From Octopus vulgaris (Eukaryota), in contig OX597816.1 of the NCBI GenBank assembly GCA_951406725.2, forward strand, positions 24,986,001 to 25,050,000: a DNA stretch of 64,000 nucleotides. Reading direction: 5' to 3'. Positions 39,506 to 54,200 of the stretch are shown in pieces (the stretch's first letter is position 1; each line of letters starts with the position of its first letter). Position numbers and translations under genes: made by a program. Under the pieces are notes generated by a model. The model was not told where the DNA came from, did not search any database, and was given only the letters and a program-made list of their open reading frames with translations.

Positions 39506-39736
39506 GCGGCGAGCTGGCAGAAACGTTAGCACGCCGGGCGAAATGCTTAGCGGTATTTCGTCTGTCGTTACGTTCTGAGTTCAAATTCCGCCGAGGTCGA
39601 CTTTGCCTTTCATCCTTTCGGGGTCGATAAATTAAGTACCAGTTACGCACTGGGGTCGATGTAATCGACTTAATACCTATGTCTGTCCTTGTTTGTCCCC
39701 TCTGTGTTTAGCCCCTTGTGGGTAATAAAGAAATAG
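39506..39736 (+). mobile_element. SINE-B monomer with 15-bp TSD
   Basis: TSD gtatttatccattaa (39485-39499, 39737-39751). The central domain resembles the Meta/MESC-type SINE domain. Confidence 0.85.
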
Positions 39737-39959
39737 GTATTTATCCATTAAACTGTTTGTGTGCATCTGTGTACGCATTTAGTGTAAGCCGGGCCGGATT
39801 TTTGGAGGCGTCAGTATGAGCCATGGGCCAAGTGACCTCAAATTTGAGGAGCCTCTATCTAGCGTTGTAGGTCCTTTTAATTCAGAGAAGCCTAAAGCGT
39901 AGAAATAAAAATTAAATAATATACTTACTGCAATTGTCAATAATTTGTAATTTATCTTT

Positions 39960-40367
39960 ACTTACTCTTTTACTCTTTTACTTGTTTCAGTCATTTGACT
40001 GCGGCCATGCTGGAGCACCGCCTTTAGTCGAGCAAATCGACCCCGGGACTTATTCTTTGTAAGCCCAGTACTTATTCTATCGGGCTCTTTTGCCGAACCG
40101 CTAAGTGACGGGGACGTAAACACACAAGCATCGGTTGTCAAGCAATGCTAGGGGGACAAACAAAGACACACAAATACACACATACATACATATATATATA
40201 CATATATACGACAGGCTTCTTTCAGTTTCCGTCTACCAAATCCACTCACAAGGCATTGGTCGGCCCGGGGCTATAGCAGAAGACACTTGCCCAAGATGCC
40301 ACGCAGTGGGACTGAACCCGGAACCATGTGGTTGGTTAGCAAGCTACTTACCACACAGCCACTCCTG
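39960..40367 (-). mobile_element. SINE-A
   Basis: Consensus match. Confidence 0.85.
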
Positions 40368-41040
40368 TTTAATTTTTTTTAGTTCATCAGACATATTTTT
40401 AAAATATTGAGTTCTCTTTTGATTCATTGGGCCCTTTTAAATTTTAAAAACCACTAAATTTAACTGAGACTCTCAGAATCTCATGAGGCACTTGTATCCC
40501 GTGATGACTTTTTTAAAAAGAATGATGTCATCTTTACATTTAATCCCTTCTGGGTCGATAAAGTACAGTACCAGTGAAACCCTGGGGAAGTCGACGCAAT
40601 CGACTTTCCCCTCTCCTCAAAATTACTGTTCTTCTCTCCAAATCAGGCTGGCCAATTACTGATGCCATCACCACGACTAACATTAATTAAGAAAAGACAT
40701 TGCACCTTAACCATCGCTTAATTATAATCTTTTCCTTTTCATCATGGACATGTTCCAGACATTTGCTTGCGGTCATGCTGGAGCACCACCTTGACGTATT
40801 CTTAGTCGATTGAATCGGCCCCAGTACTTTTTAAAGCTTGGTATTTTTTCTATCGGACTCGTTTGCCGAACTACTAAGTTACGGGGATGTAAACACACCA
40901 ACACCGATTGTCAAGCCATAGTCAAGGACAAACACAGATACACAATGACACACACAGATATATATGAATATATATATGTACACAAATATATATACATATA
41001 CATATATATATATATATAGTGCTCCTTACACACACACACA

Positions 41041-41117
<77 letters not shown>

Positions 41118-41282
41118 GTAGGGCTTGTTTAAGTTTCCGTCTACCAAATTGACCCACAAGGTTTCGGTCAGCCTGAAGCCATAGTAAAAGATATTTTCCC
41201 CAAGTTTCTACGCAGTGGAACTGAACGCAGAATCATGTGGTTGGGAAGCAAGCTTCTTACCACCATTACTCTCACTAATAAT

Positions 41283-41670
41283 GTGGAAGCACTCCGTCGG
41301 TTACGACGACGAGGGTTCCAGTTGATCCGAATCAACGGAACAGCCTGCTCGTGAAATTAACGTGTAAATGGCTGAGCACTCCACAGACACGTGTACCCTT
41401 AACGTAGTTCTCTGGGATATTCAGCGTGACACAGAGAGTGACAAGGCCGGCCCTTTGAAATACAGGTACAACAGAAACAGGAAGTAAGAGTGAGAGAAAG
41501 TTGTGGTGAAAGAGTACAGCAGGGATCACCACCACCCCCTGCCGGAGCCTCGTGGAGCTTTTAGGTGTTTTCGCTCAATAAACACTCACAAGGCCCGGTC
41601 TGGGAATCGAAACCGCGATCCTACGACCGCGAGTCCGCTTCCCTTAACCACTGGGCCATTGCGTCTCCAC
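41283..41670 (-). mobile_element. SINE-C
   Basis: TSD tcactaataat (41272-41282, 41673-41683). Confidence 0.85.
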
Positions 41671-42064
41671 TTTCACTAATAATACCATCATAATCAACAT
41701 TATCGCTATTACCATCCACATCATCATCCTTATTATCATCACCGTCATAGCTATTTTTATTATTAAATCCCTGCCATTATGACCACCGCCGTCGCTGTCG
41801 CCACTGTCGCCACTGTCGCCACTGTCGCCACTGTCGCCGCCGTCGCTGCTGTCGCCATGATCCTCTGTCCGTTTCCACGTCGATTATGTAATGTCTCTGA
41901 AATGTTAGTAACGTGTTTTGATGTTTCTGAAGAGGTTACAAAGGAATTCTTTAGCCTGGATTGTTTTGCAAACATTTAGACATATCAATGGAAACGCTCG
42001 CGCACGCGTATGTGTGTGTGTGTATGTATGTATGTATGTATGTATGTGTGTGTGTGTATGTATG

Positions 42065-42098
<34 letters not shown>

Positions 42099-42509
42099 TG
42101 TATTATGTTTGTATGTATGTATGAATGTATGTATTATGTATGTATGTATGTGTGTGTGTATGTATGTATGTATGTATGTGTGTGTGTATATATGTGTGTG
42201 TGTATGTATGCATGTATGTGTACACGTACAAATACATACATACAGATACAGATACATATATGTATGTATTAATGCAAATGTATGAGTATGTGTGTATGTA
42301 TATATGCATGTGTGTATGTATGTATGTATGTGTGTGTGTACATAATATGTGTGTGGGTGTGTATATATATAAATATATATATATATATATGCACGCACGC
42401 ACACACACGTACACACACACATACACACACCCACACATACGCACACACAGATCATATGGTGGCGTATATAATATGTGTGTATATAATATGTATGCATATA
42501 ATATATGTA

Positions 42510-42556
<47 letters not shown>

Positions 42557-42857
42557 GCACACACACACACACGTACACACACACATACACACCCACGCAC
42601 TTACGCACACACACATACACACCCATACACTTACGTGCTCACAGATGATGTGGTGGTGGTGGTGGTGTTGGTGGAGCAGCTTTAGTCTATTAAGCAAAAT
42701 ATATCGTAAATATTTCCTGCAGACAAACGAAGCCGAAAGATTTGAACTCGGTCATTAATCAACGAAATTAATTACCCTCTCAGCACGTTACCACCTGTTC
42801 CACCCATAGAGCCCAATGCTGACCAATGCTTTGTGAGTTAATTAGCTTTATGTGGAG

Positions 42858-43234
42858 GGAAGCACTCCGTCGGTTACGACGACGAGGGTTCCGGTTGATC
42901 CGAATCAACGAAACAACCTGCTCGTGAAATTAACGTGTAAGTGGCTGAGCACTCCACAGACACGTGTACCCTTAACGTAGTTCTCGGGGATATTCAGCGT
43001 GACGCAAAGAGTGACAAGGCCGGCCCTTTGAAATACAGGTACAACAGAAACAGGAAGTAAGAGAAAGTTGTGGTGAAAGAGTACAGCAGGGATCACCACC
43101 ATCCCTGCCGGAGCCTCGTGGAGCTTTAGGTGTTTTCGCTCAATAAACACTCACAAGGCCCGGTCTGGGAATCGAAACCGTGATCCTATGACCGCGAGTC
43201 CGCTGCCCTAACCACTGGGCCATTGCGCCTCCAC
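42858..43234 (-). mobile_element. SINE-C
   Basis: Near-identical to 41283-41670. Confidence 0.85.
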
Positions 43235-43283
43235 ATATCTTAATATATAAAACAGACTTGTGTGTGTGTGTGTGTGCGTGTGC

Positions 43284-43349
<66 letters not shown>

Positions 43350-43959
43350 GTGTGTGCCTTCTTTAGAGATTCCAAAACTGAGTGGGCCAATTTTGACGTA
43401 TGATGTATCAAAAGATTCAGTAATCTATCGGCTACCAAATAAAGTATATTTTTCTGCACAACACCCTCTTAATACAAAAATGACCTTCAAAACCGTGTCA
43501 GGTCGCACAATTTTGAGGTCTTTAGCTAGAGGAGGCAACTCTGCCGGACACAATACTCGATTTAACTACAAATGTAAACACACACACACACACATACACA
43601 TACACATTAGGTGCAAGTATGACTGTGTGGTTGAGAAGTTTGATTCCCAACCACATGGTTCCACGTTCAGTCCCCCTGCATACCTTGGTCAAGTGTTTTC
43701 TACTATAACCCAAGGCCAACTAGAGACTTGTGAGAGAATTTGGTAGACTAAAACTGCAGCGTTGTTCATCAGAAAATAACCGAAAAACACGTTTATAAAG
43801 AAGAGTTGTTTGCTTCATATTCCTCGTGTGCCGATTCTACCCATAAGAAAGGAACAAATAATGCAATGTAGCTGTAGGTCATAACACCAGGGCAACGTCG
43901 GGGTACATTGCTAATATATATATATATATATGTATATGCATATGTATATATATGTATAT

Positions 43960-44000
<41 letters not shown>

Positions 44001-44004
44001 CATA

Positions 44005-44058
<54 letters not shown>

Positions 44059-44373
44059 CCCTCTTCCACATGCACATACAAACTCTCTTATACACACGCA
44101 CGCGTACCTTCGTTTTGGGATCACCACTACTTTATTATCTCCCTTTCTCCCTAGCTCTCCTGTGTGACTCTTCTGTCCAGCATTCGCCATGATAGAACGC
44201 TTGCCACTACACATTCTTTATTTTCTCTCCTTGTTTCTTTCTGTGTTCCTTTCTGTGAAAGAGCGTAGGCTCGAAATGTTAAAAACTTTTTCACTTCCCG
44301 AGCGTTATACTAATACCTATGTTTGTTGTCTACATCACCTGCTTTCGTCTTTTGTTTTTCATTGTGAATTCTT

Positions 44374-44427
<54 letters not shown>

Positions 44428-44448
44428 TGTATATATAATGAAGGCAGC

Positions 44449-44480
<32 letters not shown>

Positions 44481-45456
44481 TGTATGTATGTATGTATGTA
44501 TGTATGTATGTGCGCGTGCGCATGCCTTTGTGCTTTCGTTTATCCACCCTTGCAACTTGACAGCTGGCGTTGGTTTGTTTACGTTCCCGTAACTTAACAG
44601 TACGACAATGTGACCAATAGAATGAATACCAATTTTAAATAAAAGTACTTGGTTCAATTTTTGTTTTTTTGACTAAACCATTGAATGCGGTGCTCCATCA
44701 TGGCCGTAGCCCAATGACTGAAAGAGACCTTGTGAAATTCCTGCGTACCGCTTGAACTATTTCAAAAATTCACTGGATTCCTTTCAAAATATTTAGCTTT
44801 GACGTAGTTTTGTATTCTGATGACGAAAATTGCATTTTCTTTTCTTTCTCTTTTTCCTTTACTTGTTTCGGTCATTTGACTGCGGCCATACTGGAGCACT
44901 GCCTAAAACCGAAAAAAATCGACCCCAGTACTTGTTCATCGGCAACATTCGTTTATTTTCTTGAAAATGGGATCATAACCCCGAAATATTGAATACAAGG
45001 TAAGTATATCTTAAATCATATATTTGTTTTCTTGTGTTTTACCTTGCATTTACTTCGCATTGTTTTGGGCCTTACCCACGATTCTTTATACAATATGTTC
45101 TACACAATGTTTCACACAATGTTTCACATAGTGATTATACATACATACATACATACATACATACATACATACATTCATACATACATACATACATACATAC
45201 ATACATACATACATACATACATACATACATACATACATACATTCATACATACATACATACATACATACATACATACACACATACACTGGGGCTGGCCGGA
45301 TCGGAGCGATCTCAAGATTAATCAGCCGAAATTGCGAGGATGATCCGGTTCTTGACTGAAGATTAGAGGCTTCGAATGGCCCGTCCGTTTTTTGTGTCGT
45401 CTCTTTGAGTGTTTTTGCGTTCTTGTCCCATTTTGTATTTTTATATATATTTTTTT

Positions 45457-45670
<214 letters not shown>

Positions 45671-46349
45671 ACTGGTTTCTATCAGTCTCCGTCTACCAAG
45701 TCCACTCACAAGGCTTTAGTCGGCCCGAGGCTATAGCAGAAGACACTTGCCCAAGATGTCACGCAGCGGGATTGAACCCGGAATAATGTGGTTGGCAAGC
45801 AAGCTTCTTACCACACAGACTTCTTAAATATTAATAATGGTTTCAAATTTGGCTCAGGGCCATCAGTTTTCGAGGGGAAGGAAAAGTCGATTATATCGAC
45901 TCTAGTACTTGGCTAGTACTTATCTTATCGACCCCGAATGGATGAAAAACAAAGTCCACCTCGGACGAAATGCCGGCAAGTGTTTGTTTTTGTCCAGCTT
46001 GCTAACGGCTCTACCAGCTCGCCACCTTTTCCTAGGAATACAAGCATTTAAAATTGTGTGCTTTCAGTCAATCGGAAGTTACCAATCTGGTGAAAATTTC
46101 AAATAACTGAAGTGGTTGGTCGAAATTTATGCAAGATCCGATAAAAGATATATGGGAAAAGGGCCAGGTCATGATATTCTCTGAACAGCGACAAGTTATC
46201 TTCGAAATGGACTCTTTTCAAAGTGCTCGAGAGCCATTTGATGTGCTTAACCAGGTGAAAGATTATGTTACTCATGAACAGGAACAGGTTCCTCTAGCGA
46301 GAATCCATCATCATTTTTTACTTTCATTTTTTCATTATTTCATTTTTTC

Positions 46350-46552
46350 ATTTGTTTCAGTCATGTGACTGTGGCTTTGCTGGAGCACCGCCGTTAGTCG
46401 AGCAAATCGACCCCAGAACTTATTCTATATAAGCCTAGTACTTATTCTATCGGTCTCTTTTGCCGAAGCGCTAAGTTACAGGGACGTAAACACACCAGCA
46501 TCGGTTGTCAAGCGATGTTGGGGGGACAACCCTAGACACACAAACACACGCA

Positions 46553-46631
<79 letters not shown>

Positions 46632-46781
46632 GACGGACTTCTTTCAGTTTCCGTTTACCAGATTCAGTCACAAGGCTTTGGTCGGCTCGAAGCTATAGTA
46701 GAAGTCACTTACCCAAGGTGCCACGCAGTGGGACTGAACCATGTGATTGGGAAGCAAGCTACTTACCACACAGTCACTCCT
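46350..46781 (-). mobile_element. SINE-A
   Basis: Consensus match. Confidence 0.8.
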
Positions 46782-46784
46782 ATA

Positions 46785-47005
46785 TATTGTAAAGAAAAAA
46801 GAAAAAAAATAGAACAACCACAAGAAAAAAACAACAATGCGAGGACGTGGTACATGCAAAGTATTAGCAGAAGTCTGGGAAAGAAAGAAAATCGGTTTTA
46901 CGTTTTGAGCAAAAGCTCTTCTTCAGAAACAGGAGGCAGAGGAATGTCCAAAAGAAAAGGAAGTCGGAAGAAAAGAATCGCCAACGATCCACGTGTGGTT
47001 TCATA
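46785..47005 (-). mobile_element. Short element with hammerhead motif (46895-46930), family of 24604-24800
   Basis: gttt-CTGAAGA-a-gagc[tttt]gctc-AAAA-cg-ta-aaac (G12 mutated). Confidence 0.55.
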
Positions 47006-47391
47006 GTTGGTATTTGTTTCCAAGTAATATGATTTAATTCGAAAACGTGAACACAAAGATACAAAAAAAAATTTAATTTTTACATCTGTTTGTACATATT
47101 TTCACGTGTATTTTATTTCATTTTCTGCTTCCGTATTGATTTTTTTTGCGGGGTTTAAAACTGCAGATAAGGATATACATACCATATCATGGACTAAACA
47201 GAACAGGAGGAGATACGTGGGATGGCGAGTCGTTGAAGAGGTCACAGGATCTGTGACAAAAGATTTCCAGGCAAAAGATATAAGAACGATAATAAATCTG
47301 AAACGAAGGACGAATGTATAGTGCGTGTGTTTATTTGGCAAAAAAAAAAAATGACCTGCCTGAAATATAACAATAAATGTTTTTAAATGGA

Positions 47392-47775
47392 TGGAAGCAC
47401 TCCGTCGGTTACGACGACGAGGTTTCCGGTTGATACGAATCAACGGAACAGCCTGCTCGTGAAATTAGCGTGTAAGTGGCTGAGCACTCCACAGACACGT
47501 GTACCCTTAACGTAGTTCTCGGGGATATTCAGCGTGACACAGAGAGTGACAAGGCCGGCCCTTTGAAATACAGGTACAACAGAAACATGAAGTAAGAGTG
47601 AGAGAAAGTTGTGGTGAAAGAGTACAGCAGGGATCACCACCATCCCTGCCGGAGCCTCGTGGAGCTTTAGGTGTTTTCGCTCAATAAACACTCACAAGGC
47701 CCGGTCTGGGAATCGAAACCGCGATCCTATGACCGCGAGTCCGCTGCCCTAACCACTGGGCCATTGCGCCTCCCC
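47392..47775 (-). mobile_element. SINE-C
   Basis: TSD atgtttttaaat (47377-47388, 47778-47789). Confidence 0.85.
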
Positions 47776-48784
47776 TTATGTTTTTAAATATGTTGCCCGT
47801 GAACGACCTTGAGTCGGATAAACTGATTGTAGGTGAAGTTTACTTTTCCAAGTCGAAAAAGATCTAACACGAAACGACGTAAGTTGAGTTGTGGCTGCAT
47901 ATACAGATATAGATAGATCAGTAGATAGAGATGGGGAGAGAGAGAGAGAGAGAGAAATCGGTAGACAATAGACAAGCAGTCCGGCAGACAGATAAGAGAT
48001 AAAGTGGATTAAAAAAAACAACAAAAAACCAACAAAATTAAAAATATAAAAGATGTGTAAAAATATAACTATAAAAAGAAACACTAAATTATTATAATTA
48101 TTATCGCTTTTTTTTTGTCCTGTAAGTAGAAACAGGAACTGAACCGATCCACTTAGACGGCAATTGAAAAAAAGGGCGGCAGGTGTCCGATGTAAACAAG
48201 GGAAATAAGTGGCGATGCGCAGATCTCGAACGTCCAGTCTGAATATTATAAGTGTGTGTCGTTTAATTTATATATTAAGCAGGAAAAAATCAACACACAT
48301 TGTCTTCTGTTTTCGATGGTCAACAAATAAATTATTTCTTTTTAATGCGGTTACTTCGCTGGTCAAGCTAAGCGTTCTCGTAAGTAGTGAAAAAACAGCT
48401 CTTAAAATTAATAGCTTCCGGTCAATTTAGGGCTAGGCATTCCTTGCTTTTTTCTTTCATTCTTTCTTTCTGTTTTTGAGAGGAGGGTTAAAGTATTAGT
48501 CAGCTTTTATCCTTTGCTTATTCTATCAATTCCTTTTGGCCGAACCGCTAAGTTACGAGGATGTAAACAAATCAACACCAGTTGTTAAGTGTAGGCAGAA
48601 ACAAGCACACACACACACACACATACACATAGATATAGATACACACACATATATATATAGATACACACACACACACATATATATATGTATATAGAAACAC
48701 ACACACACATATATATAGATACACACACACATATATATAGATACACACACATATAGATACACACACACATACACACACACACAC

Positions 48785-48815
<31 letters not shown>

Positions 48816-48949
48816 CATATATATATACACACACACTCACACATGCACACACACATACGCATATATTCTAAATGTTTGTAGAGTGATACGTTAAGGAGCT
48901 TTTTTTAGGAGTTCGACCGGGTCAGTTGAATCCATATATTGTGACTTAA

Positions 48950-49036
<87 letters not shown>

Positions 49037-49239
49037 CGTATGTCTCTATAAATATGTCCCCTATTCGAAAATATAAGGACACAGATAGTTTGTCGTATAG
49101 TCAGCTGGAGACGATGTTTCCTGAGGCTAAATAACAATAGCATTCGTCCCAACCGGGACCGCTACATTACGTTGGCAAATAATCTTTACTTTAGAGTACT
49201 GTAACTGAATGTGTCTCATTGAGAGATTTACAAATAACA

Positions 49240-49283
<44 letters not shown>

Positions 49284-49333
49284 CAATAATAATTCTCTAA
49301 ATGAGTTATAGACAGTGACTGCTCCGTAATATA

Positions 49334-49471
49334 AGGGATATTAGCCAACCGAATATGGCTAGGGACAGGGCAGGGTGGTGGGGGTGTCACTGTTGCATTG
49401 GGGCTAAATGCAACAGTGACACCCCCACCACCCCGCCCTGTCCCTAGCCATATTCGGTTGGCTAATATCCT

Positions 49472-49474
<3 letters not shown>
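49334..49474. repeat. Near-perfect palindrome, ~66-bp arms with a 7-nt loop
   Basis: gggatattagccaaccgaatatggctagggacaggg...tgttgcatt [ggggcta] aatgcaaca...ccctgtccctagccatattcggttggctaatatcc. Confidence 0.9.
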
Positions 49475-49540
<66 letters not shown>

Positions 49541-49559
49541 CATTATATCCTGAAGATAT

Positions 49560-50593
49560 ATTTTTGATAAAAAGAAAGAAAGAGACCTCGATAAAAAGAA
49601 AGAAAGAGACCTCGATATTATGTAAATAGAGGAATTTATCTGGAAATGTACTATGTGACATTTATTCGGTAGCCAAGATATAACTCCGAGTTTCGGATGC
49701 CGAGGTGGAAATCCACGCCACCATCTCTTCAGTTATCCGGCCATCAGAAAAACCACTATGAAAAATGACCGTTATACAAAGGGAAATTACTGTGTTATTG
49801 ACCGCTATTAAGACAAAAGAGCTAAGTAAGGTAAGGGGGTAAAAAGTTCATAGCATTCGCGTAAGCGCGCCTGTTCATACCTACACATGTGCGCCGGAAC
49901 ACCCACGTGCGTACGCATACATTCATCCACCCTCACTTGAAAAACGTACACATCCTCACTCGCATCCTTCGCCAAATGTATATGCATATACATACAAACT
50001 CACACACACACACACGCACACCGTAAAAGTTCATATATTTTTTACACATAATTTTTTCTGTACTCTACCTTCCACCCTGCATTTTTCCCTGTGCGTATAT
50101 AGACGTGTATCTGGAATCCTTTGCGCGCACGTGTGGATGTGTGCGTGTGTGCAGGTATGTGTGTATATAGATGTGTGCGTGTATGCGTACATGCGAGTAC
50201 GTGCGTATATAGATGTACTTTATTCAGTATTTTTACACATTTCACTGTATTTTTGCCCTTAGGCCGGTTTTTTTTAGACGCATGTATAATCCTTTTTGTG
50301 CGTGCGTGTCTGTGCGTTTATAGACCTGTGCGGGTATGTGCATATATGGGCAGGTATATGTGTGCGTGCATAAGGGTATGTGCGTATATAGACGTGGTTT
50401 ACTCTTTGTGTACTCCCTTATACCTTTTTTCTGTATTGTTACCCATAACCCTGTTTTTTCTTGTGCTTGTGCGTATGTAGACGTATGTATGAACTTTTAC
50501 GGTGTGTGTGTGTGTGTGTGTATGAGTTTGTATGTATATGCATATACATTTGGCGAAGGATGCGAGTGAGGATGTGTACGTTTTTCAAGTGAC
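49560..50593. mobile_element. Probable Penelope-related element with partial inverted duplication and hammerhead-like motif (49676-49738, minus)
   Basis: 49932-50037 is inverted at 50487-50593. Minus strand ggataa-CTGAAGA-gatg...catcc-GAAA-ctcggag-TT-atatc. Confidence 0.5.
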
Positions 50594-50715
50594 CCCCCCC
50601 ACCCCAGTGTTTCACTGGTACTTACTATATCGACCTCAAAAGAATGAAAGCAAAGTCGACCTCGGCCGAATTTGAACTCCTCAACAACAACAACAACAAC
50701 AACAACAGCAACAGC

Positions 50716-50766
<51 letters not shown>

Positions 50767-52349
50767 AATGATAATAATAATCACCTCCACCCATTCGTCT
50801 TACATGATGTGGTGCTACTGATGTAAATGTCAATGGTAATAATAACAATAGTGACAGTTAATTATTTGAAAATGTTTGAAAGATAATGACGTTGATAAAA
50901 CGTAAGTCGAATTTAATTAACAATGCTCGTGTCGCTTTCTCTTTGTATTTTACCTGAAATGTTTTTATTTAGTATCGGATATTTATCAAATTTGTTTTGG
51001 ATTTTGTGTGACAAAGGGGTAGAAGTGGCGGTAATAAAATGGCTTTTTAAGAATGGATCTTCAAAACTATGAAATTCGTCATGGAATTAAGTAAGCATTT
51101 AAACGTAATTGTGTAGATTACACGTAGACATGTTGTAATATGTGAGGTATATAAATGTCAAACGTGTATGTATGTATGTATGTATGTATGTATGTATGTA
51201 TGTATGTATGTATGTATGTATGTGTGTATGTATGTATGCATGCAGGCATGTATGTATGTATGTATGTATGTATGCATGCATGTATGTATGTATGTATGTA
51301 TGCATGCATGTATGTATGTATGCATGCATGTATGTATGTATGTATGTATGTGTGTATGTATGTGCATGCATGTATGTATGTATGTATGTATGCATGCATG
51401 TATGTATGTATGTATGTATGCATGTATGTATGCATGCATGTATGTATGCATGTATGCATGTATGTATGTATGCATGTATGTATGTATGTATGCATATATC
51501 TATCTATCTATTTATTTATCTACCCCACCCCCACAAGCCCATACACCACATCCCAACTGTCATCAACCAGCACCAACACCAACAACAGCCGTTCAAGAAT
51601 TTGGATCTGGAGATCTCCATTTCCAGCGACTTCGAGGGCCACCTCCCAGTGGTGTCGGGCGTCAACGAAGAGCCCTCGACTACAAGACGACCAAAGCTTT
51701 TTTTTTTTCGAAGGTCTGGGGTCTGCCGCCCCTAAGCCCTAGGACCATCACCTAATCACCCTTACCCGTCTTGTTGTTTTATAACAACAACAACAAAATC
51801 AACACACTCAGAAATAGACCCCAATACTCTTCCCCTCCCACCTTCTGATTCTTCCGACATGTCGTCATATGAAGACGACACAGATGATTGGCAAGTGGCC
51901 ACAGGGAGAAGGAGAAAAAAAGGGGACGGGAAATAGAATAGAGAAGCAGGGAGGTTTACCACTCCCGAAACCAAAACACCCGCAGAAAACAAAAGCATGC
52001 ACATACGGGTACAGGACATAAAAAAAACGTAAACAAAATGAGAAACGAGAACATAAAAGATAAAAACAGAAAACGAACTTTTAGCATAGATTTTCCTTGG
52101 GACTGGCCAGATTGGAGCAGTCTCGAGTATAACCAGTGAAATGACTGAAACAAATAAAAGAATACACACACACACATTCATACTACGAAAAGTGATAAGG
52201 TATGAGAAGTGAATATATTTATTTTACCACTTGAGATTACGGCCGTTTCGTAGCCTGCATCATGTGGTAATAGTTTCAGTGTATAATAAATTACGTTTTC
52301 ATGTCTGCACTAATATACATACTACACATTATTATAATACAGTTGTATA

Positions 52350-52860
52350 TCTATATATATAAAACTGTAGTTGTGTGAGTGTCTGTCCCCTTCGATTTAG
52401 ATTCCTAACTCCTCCCACATTTTGCGGTGCAGTTTAACCAAATTCGGGTATCTTATAGTCGTGATTCATATCAAGCCCGTCTGGCTATTAGCGCGCGTCT
52501 GCGATGAGTCTACGATTTTAAAAATAATTTAACATCATTTTTTATTCCATTTTAATGCATAATTTTTCGTGTGTCGATGGCGGCGGAGTTGGCGTCCACG
52601 CTCACATCTGCACCTGTTTGCTTCTCCCCCTTCTTCCCTCCCTCGTGAAGCTGTGGGGAAGGGAGTGTAAGGAAATCAACGTCGTAAAGCGTTGTCAAGG
52701 AGACCAGCGTTCTTTTAGAACAACGACTTCATGGCTTGAAGACACCAAAACAGAAATGGCTAAGAAAGCCCGAATTGGCATCTATAAGGGAAGTAACTCT
52801 AAAAATGCTTATATAGTTATTTCCCTTACAAACCCGAGCAACGCCGGGCGATACTGCTAG
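52350..52860 (+). mobile_element. Non-autonomous Helitron
   Basis: 5' TCtatatatataaaac. Subterminal hairpin cccgagcaacgccggg, 3' CTAG. Inserted between A and T with no TSD. Confidence 0.8.
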
Positions 52861-53089
52861 TTTTTAATAATACAGATAAAGAAAGCTAGCTTATCAGATC
52901 ACAAGCACATCATGCTTATACCGACACTTCAACTCTCTGGGGAATTTTACGGAAATACCAGAGTACGGATAAACTGGAAATAAAACACGTGACTGACTGA
53001 CTCACTGACGGTTGTACAACCACACTTTGGTTTCGAATTTGAACCACCGTGCTCAGGGAGATTAATAATTTTAGTATTTACGTATTTAT

Positions 53090-53495
53090 TCTTTTACTCT
53101 TTTACTTGTTTCAGTCATTTGACTGCGGCCATGCTGGAGCACCGTCTTTAGTCGAGCAAATCGATCCCAGGATTTATTCTTTGTAAGCCTACTACTTATT
53201 CTATCGGTCTCTTTGGCCGAAACGTTAAGTTACAGGGACGTAAACACACCAGCATCGGTTGTCAAGCGATGTTGGGGGGACAAACACAGATACACAAACA
53301 TATACACACATGTATATATACATACATATACATATATACGACGGGCTTCTTTCAGTTTCCGTCTACCAAATCCACTCACAAGGCTTTGGTTGGCCCGTGG
53401 CTATAGTAGAAGACACTTGCCCAAGGTGCCACGCAGTGGGACTGAATCCAGAACCATGTGGTTGGTAAGCAAGCTACTTACCACACAGCCACTCT
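53090..53495 (-). mobile_element. SINE-A
   Basis: Consensus match. Confidence 0.85.
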
Positions 53496-53769
53496 GTATG
53501 CCGATTGCTTGAGAGTTCCAGATATTTGAGTTCCAGAATAAAAGGGAGTTTACCATAACTGATTTTAAATTATGACACAAGGCTAGCAATTTCGCTGCTT
53601 AATTGTTCAATTGTTAATCCGTATACACATGTACGCACACACTGTTTAAATGTTAGCATTTAGTTTTAGTAGCTGAATGTTGTTTGAAGTTGACTTTGTT
53701 GCAATATTCAAAACAACAGCAACGACCTTAACAATTTCTAAGAATAATGCTTACAGCATTATTATCACC

Positions 53770-53923
53770 GTGGCTGTGTAGTAAGAAGCTTGCTTTCCAA
53801 CCCCATGGTTCCGGGTTCAGTCCTACTGCGTGGCACCTTGGGCGAGTATCTTCTACTATACCTTCGAGTGAATCAAAGCCTTGTGAGTAGATTTAATAGA
53901 CGGAAACTGAAAGAAACCCGTCG

Positions 53924-53954
<31 letters not shown>

Positions 53955-54200
53955 ATGTGTGTGTGTGCGGGTGTGTGTGTATGTCTTCGTGGCTGTGTTT
54001 GTGCACCATCACCGCTTGACAACCGGTGTTGATGTGTTTACATCCCCGTTACTTAGCGGTTCGGCAAACGACAAAGACAGAATAAGTACTGGGCTTAAAA
54101 AATAAGTCCTGGGGGAGGTCGATTTTCTCGACTAAAACCTTTCAAGGCGGTGCTCCAGCGTGGCCACAGTCAACAGGCTGAAACAAGCAAAAGAATAAAA
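53770..54200 (+). mobile_element. SINE-A, diverged
   Basis: Head, microsatellite and tail recognisable. Confidence 0.75.

Noticed and set aside
44958-44993. ttc-TTGAAAA-tggg..cccc-GAAA-tatt-gaa hammerhead-like shape
   Set aside because: Two core substitutions and very short stems. Could easily arise by chance in AT-rich DNA.
45330-45390. GAAA...CTGAAGA words suggesting a type-II hammerhead
   Set aside because: No stem II pairing adjacent to the core in either permutation.
46030-46368. Non-repetitive ORF MQDPIKDIWEKGQ...
   Set aside because: Upstream in-frame stop, runs into a SINE tail, and has no motif I recognise. It could be an old element fragment; a BLASTX search would settle it.
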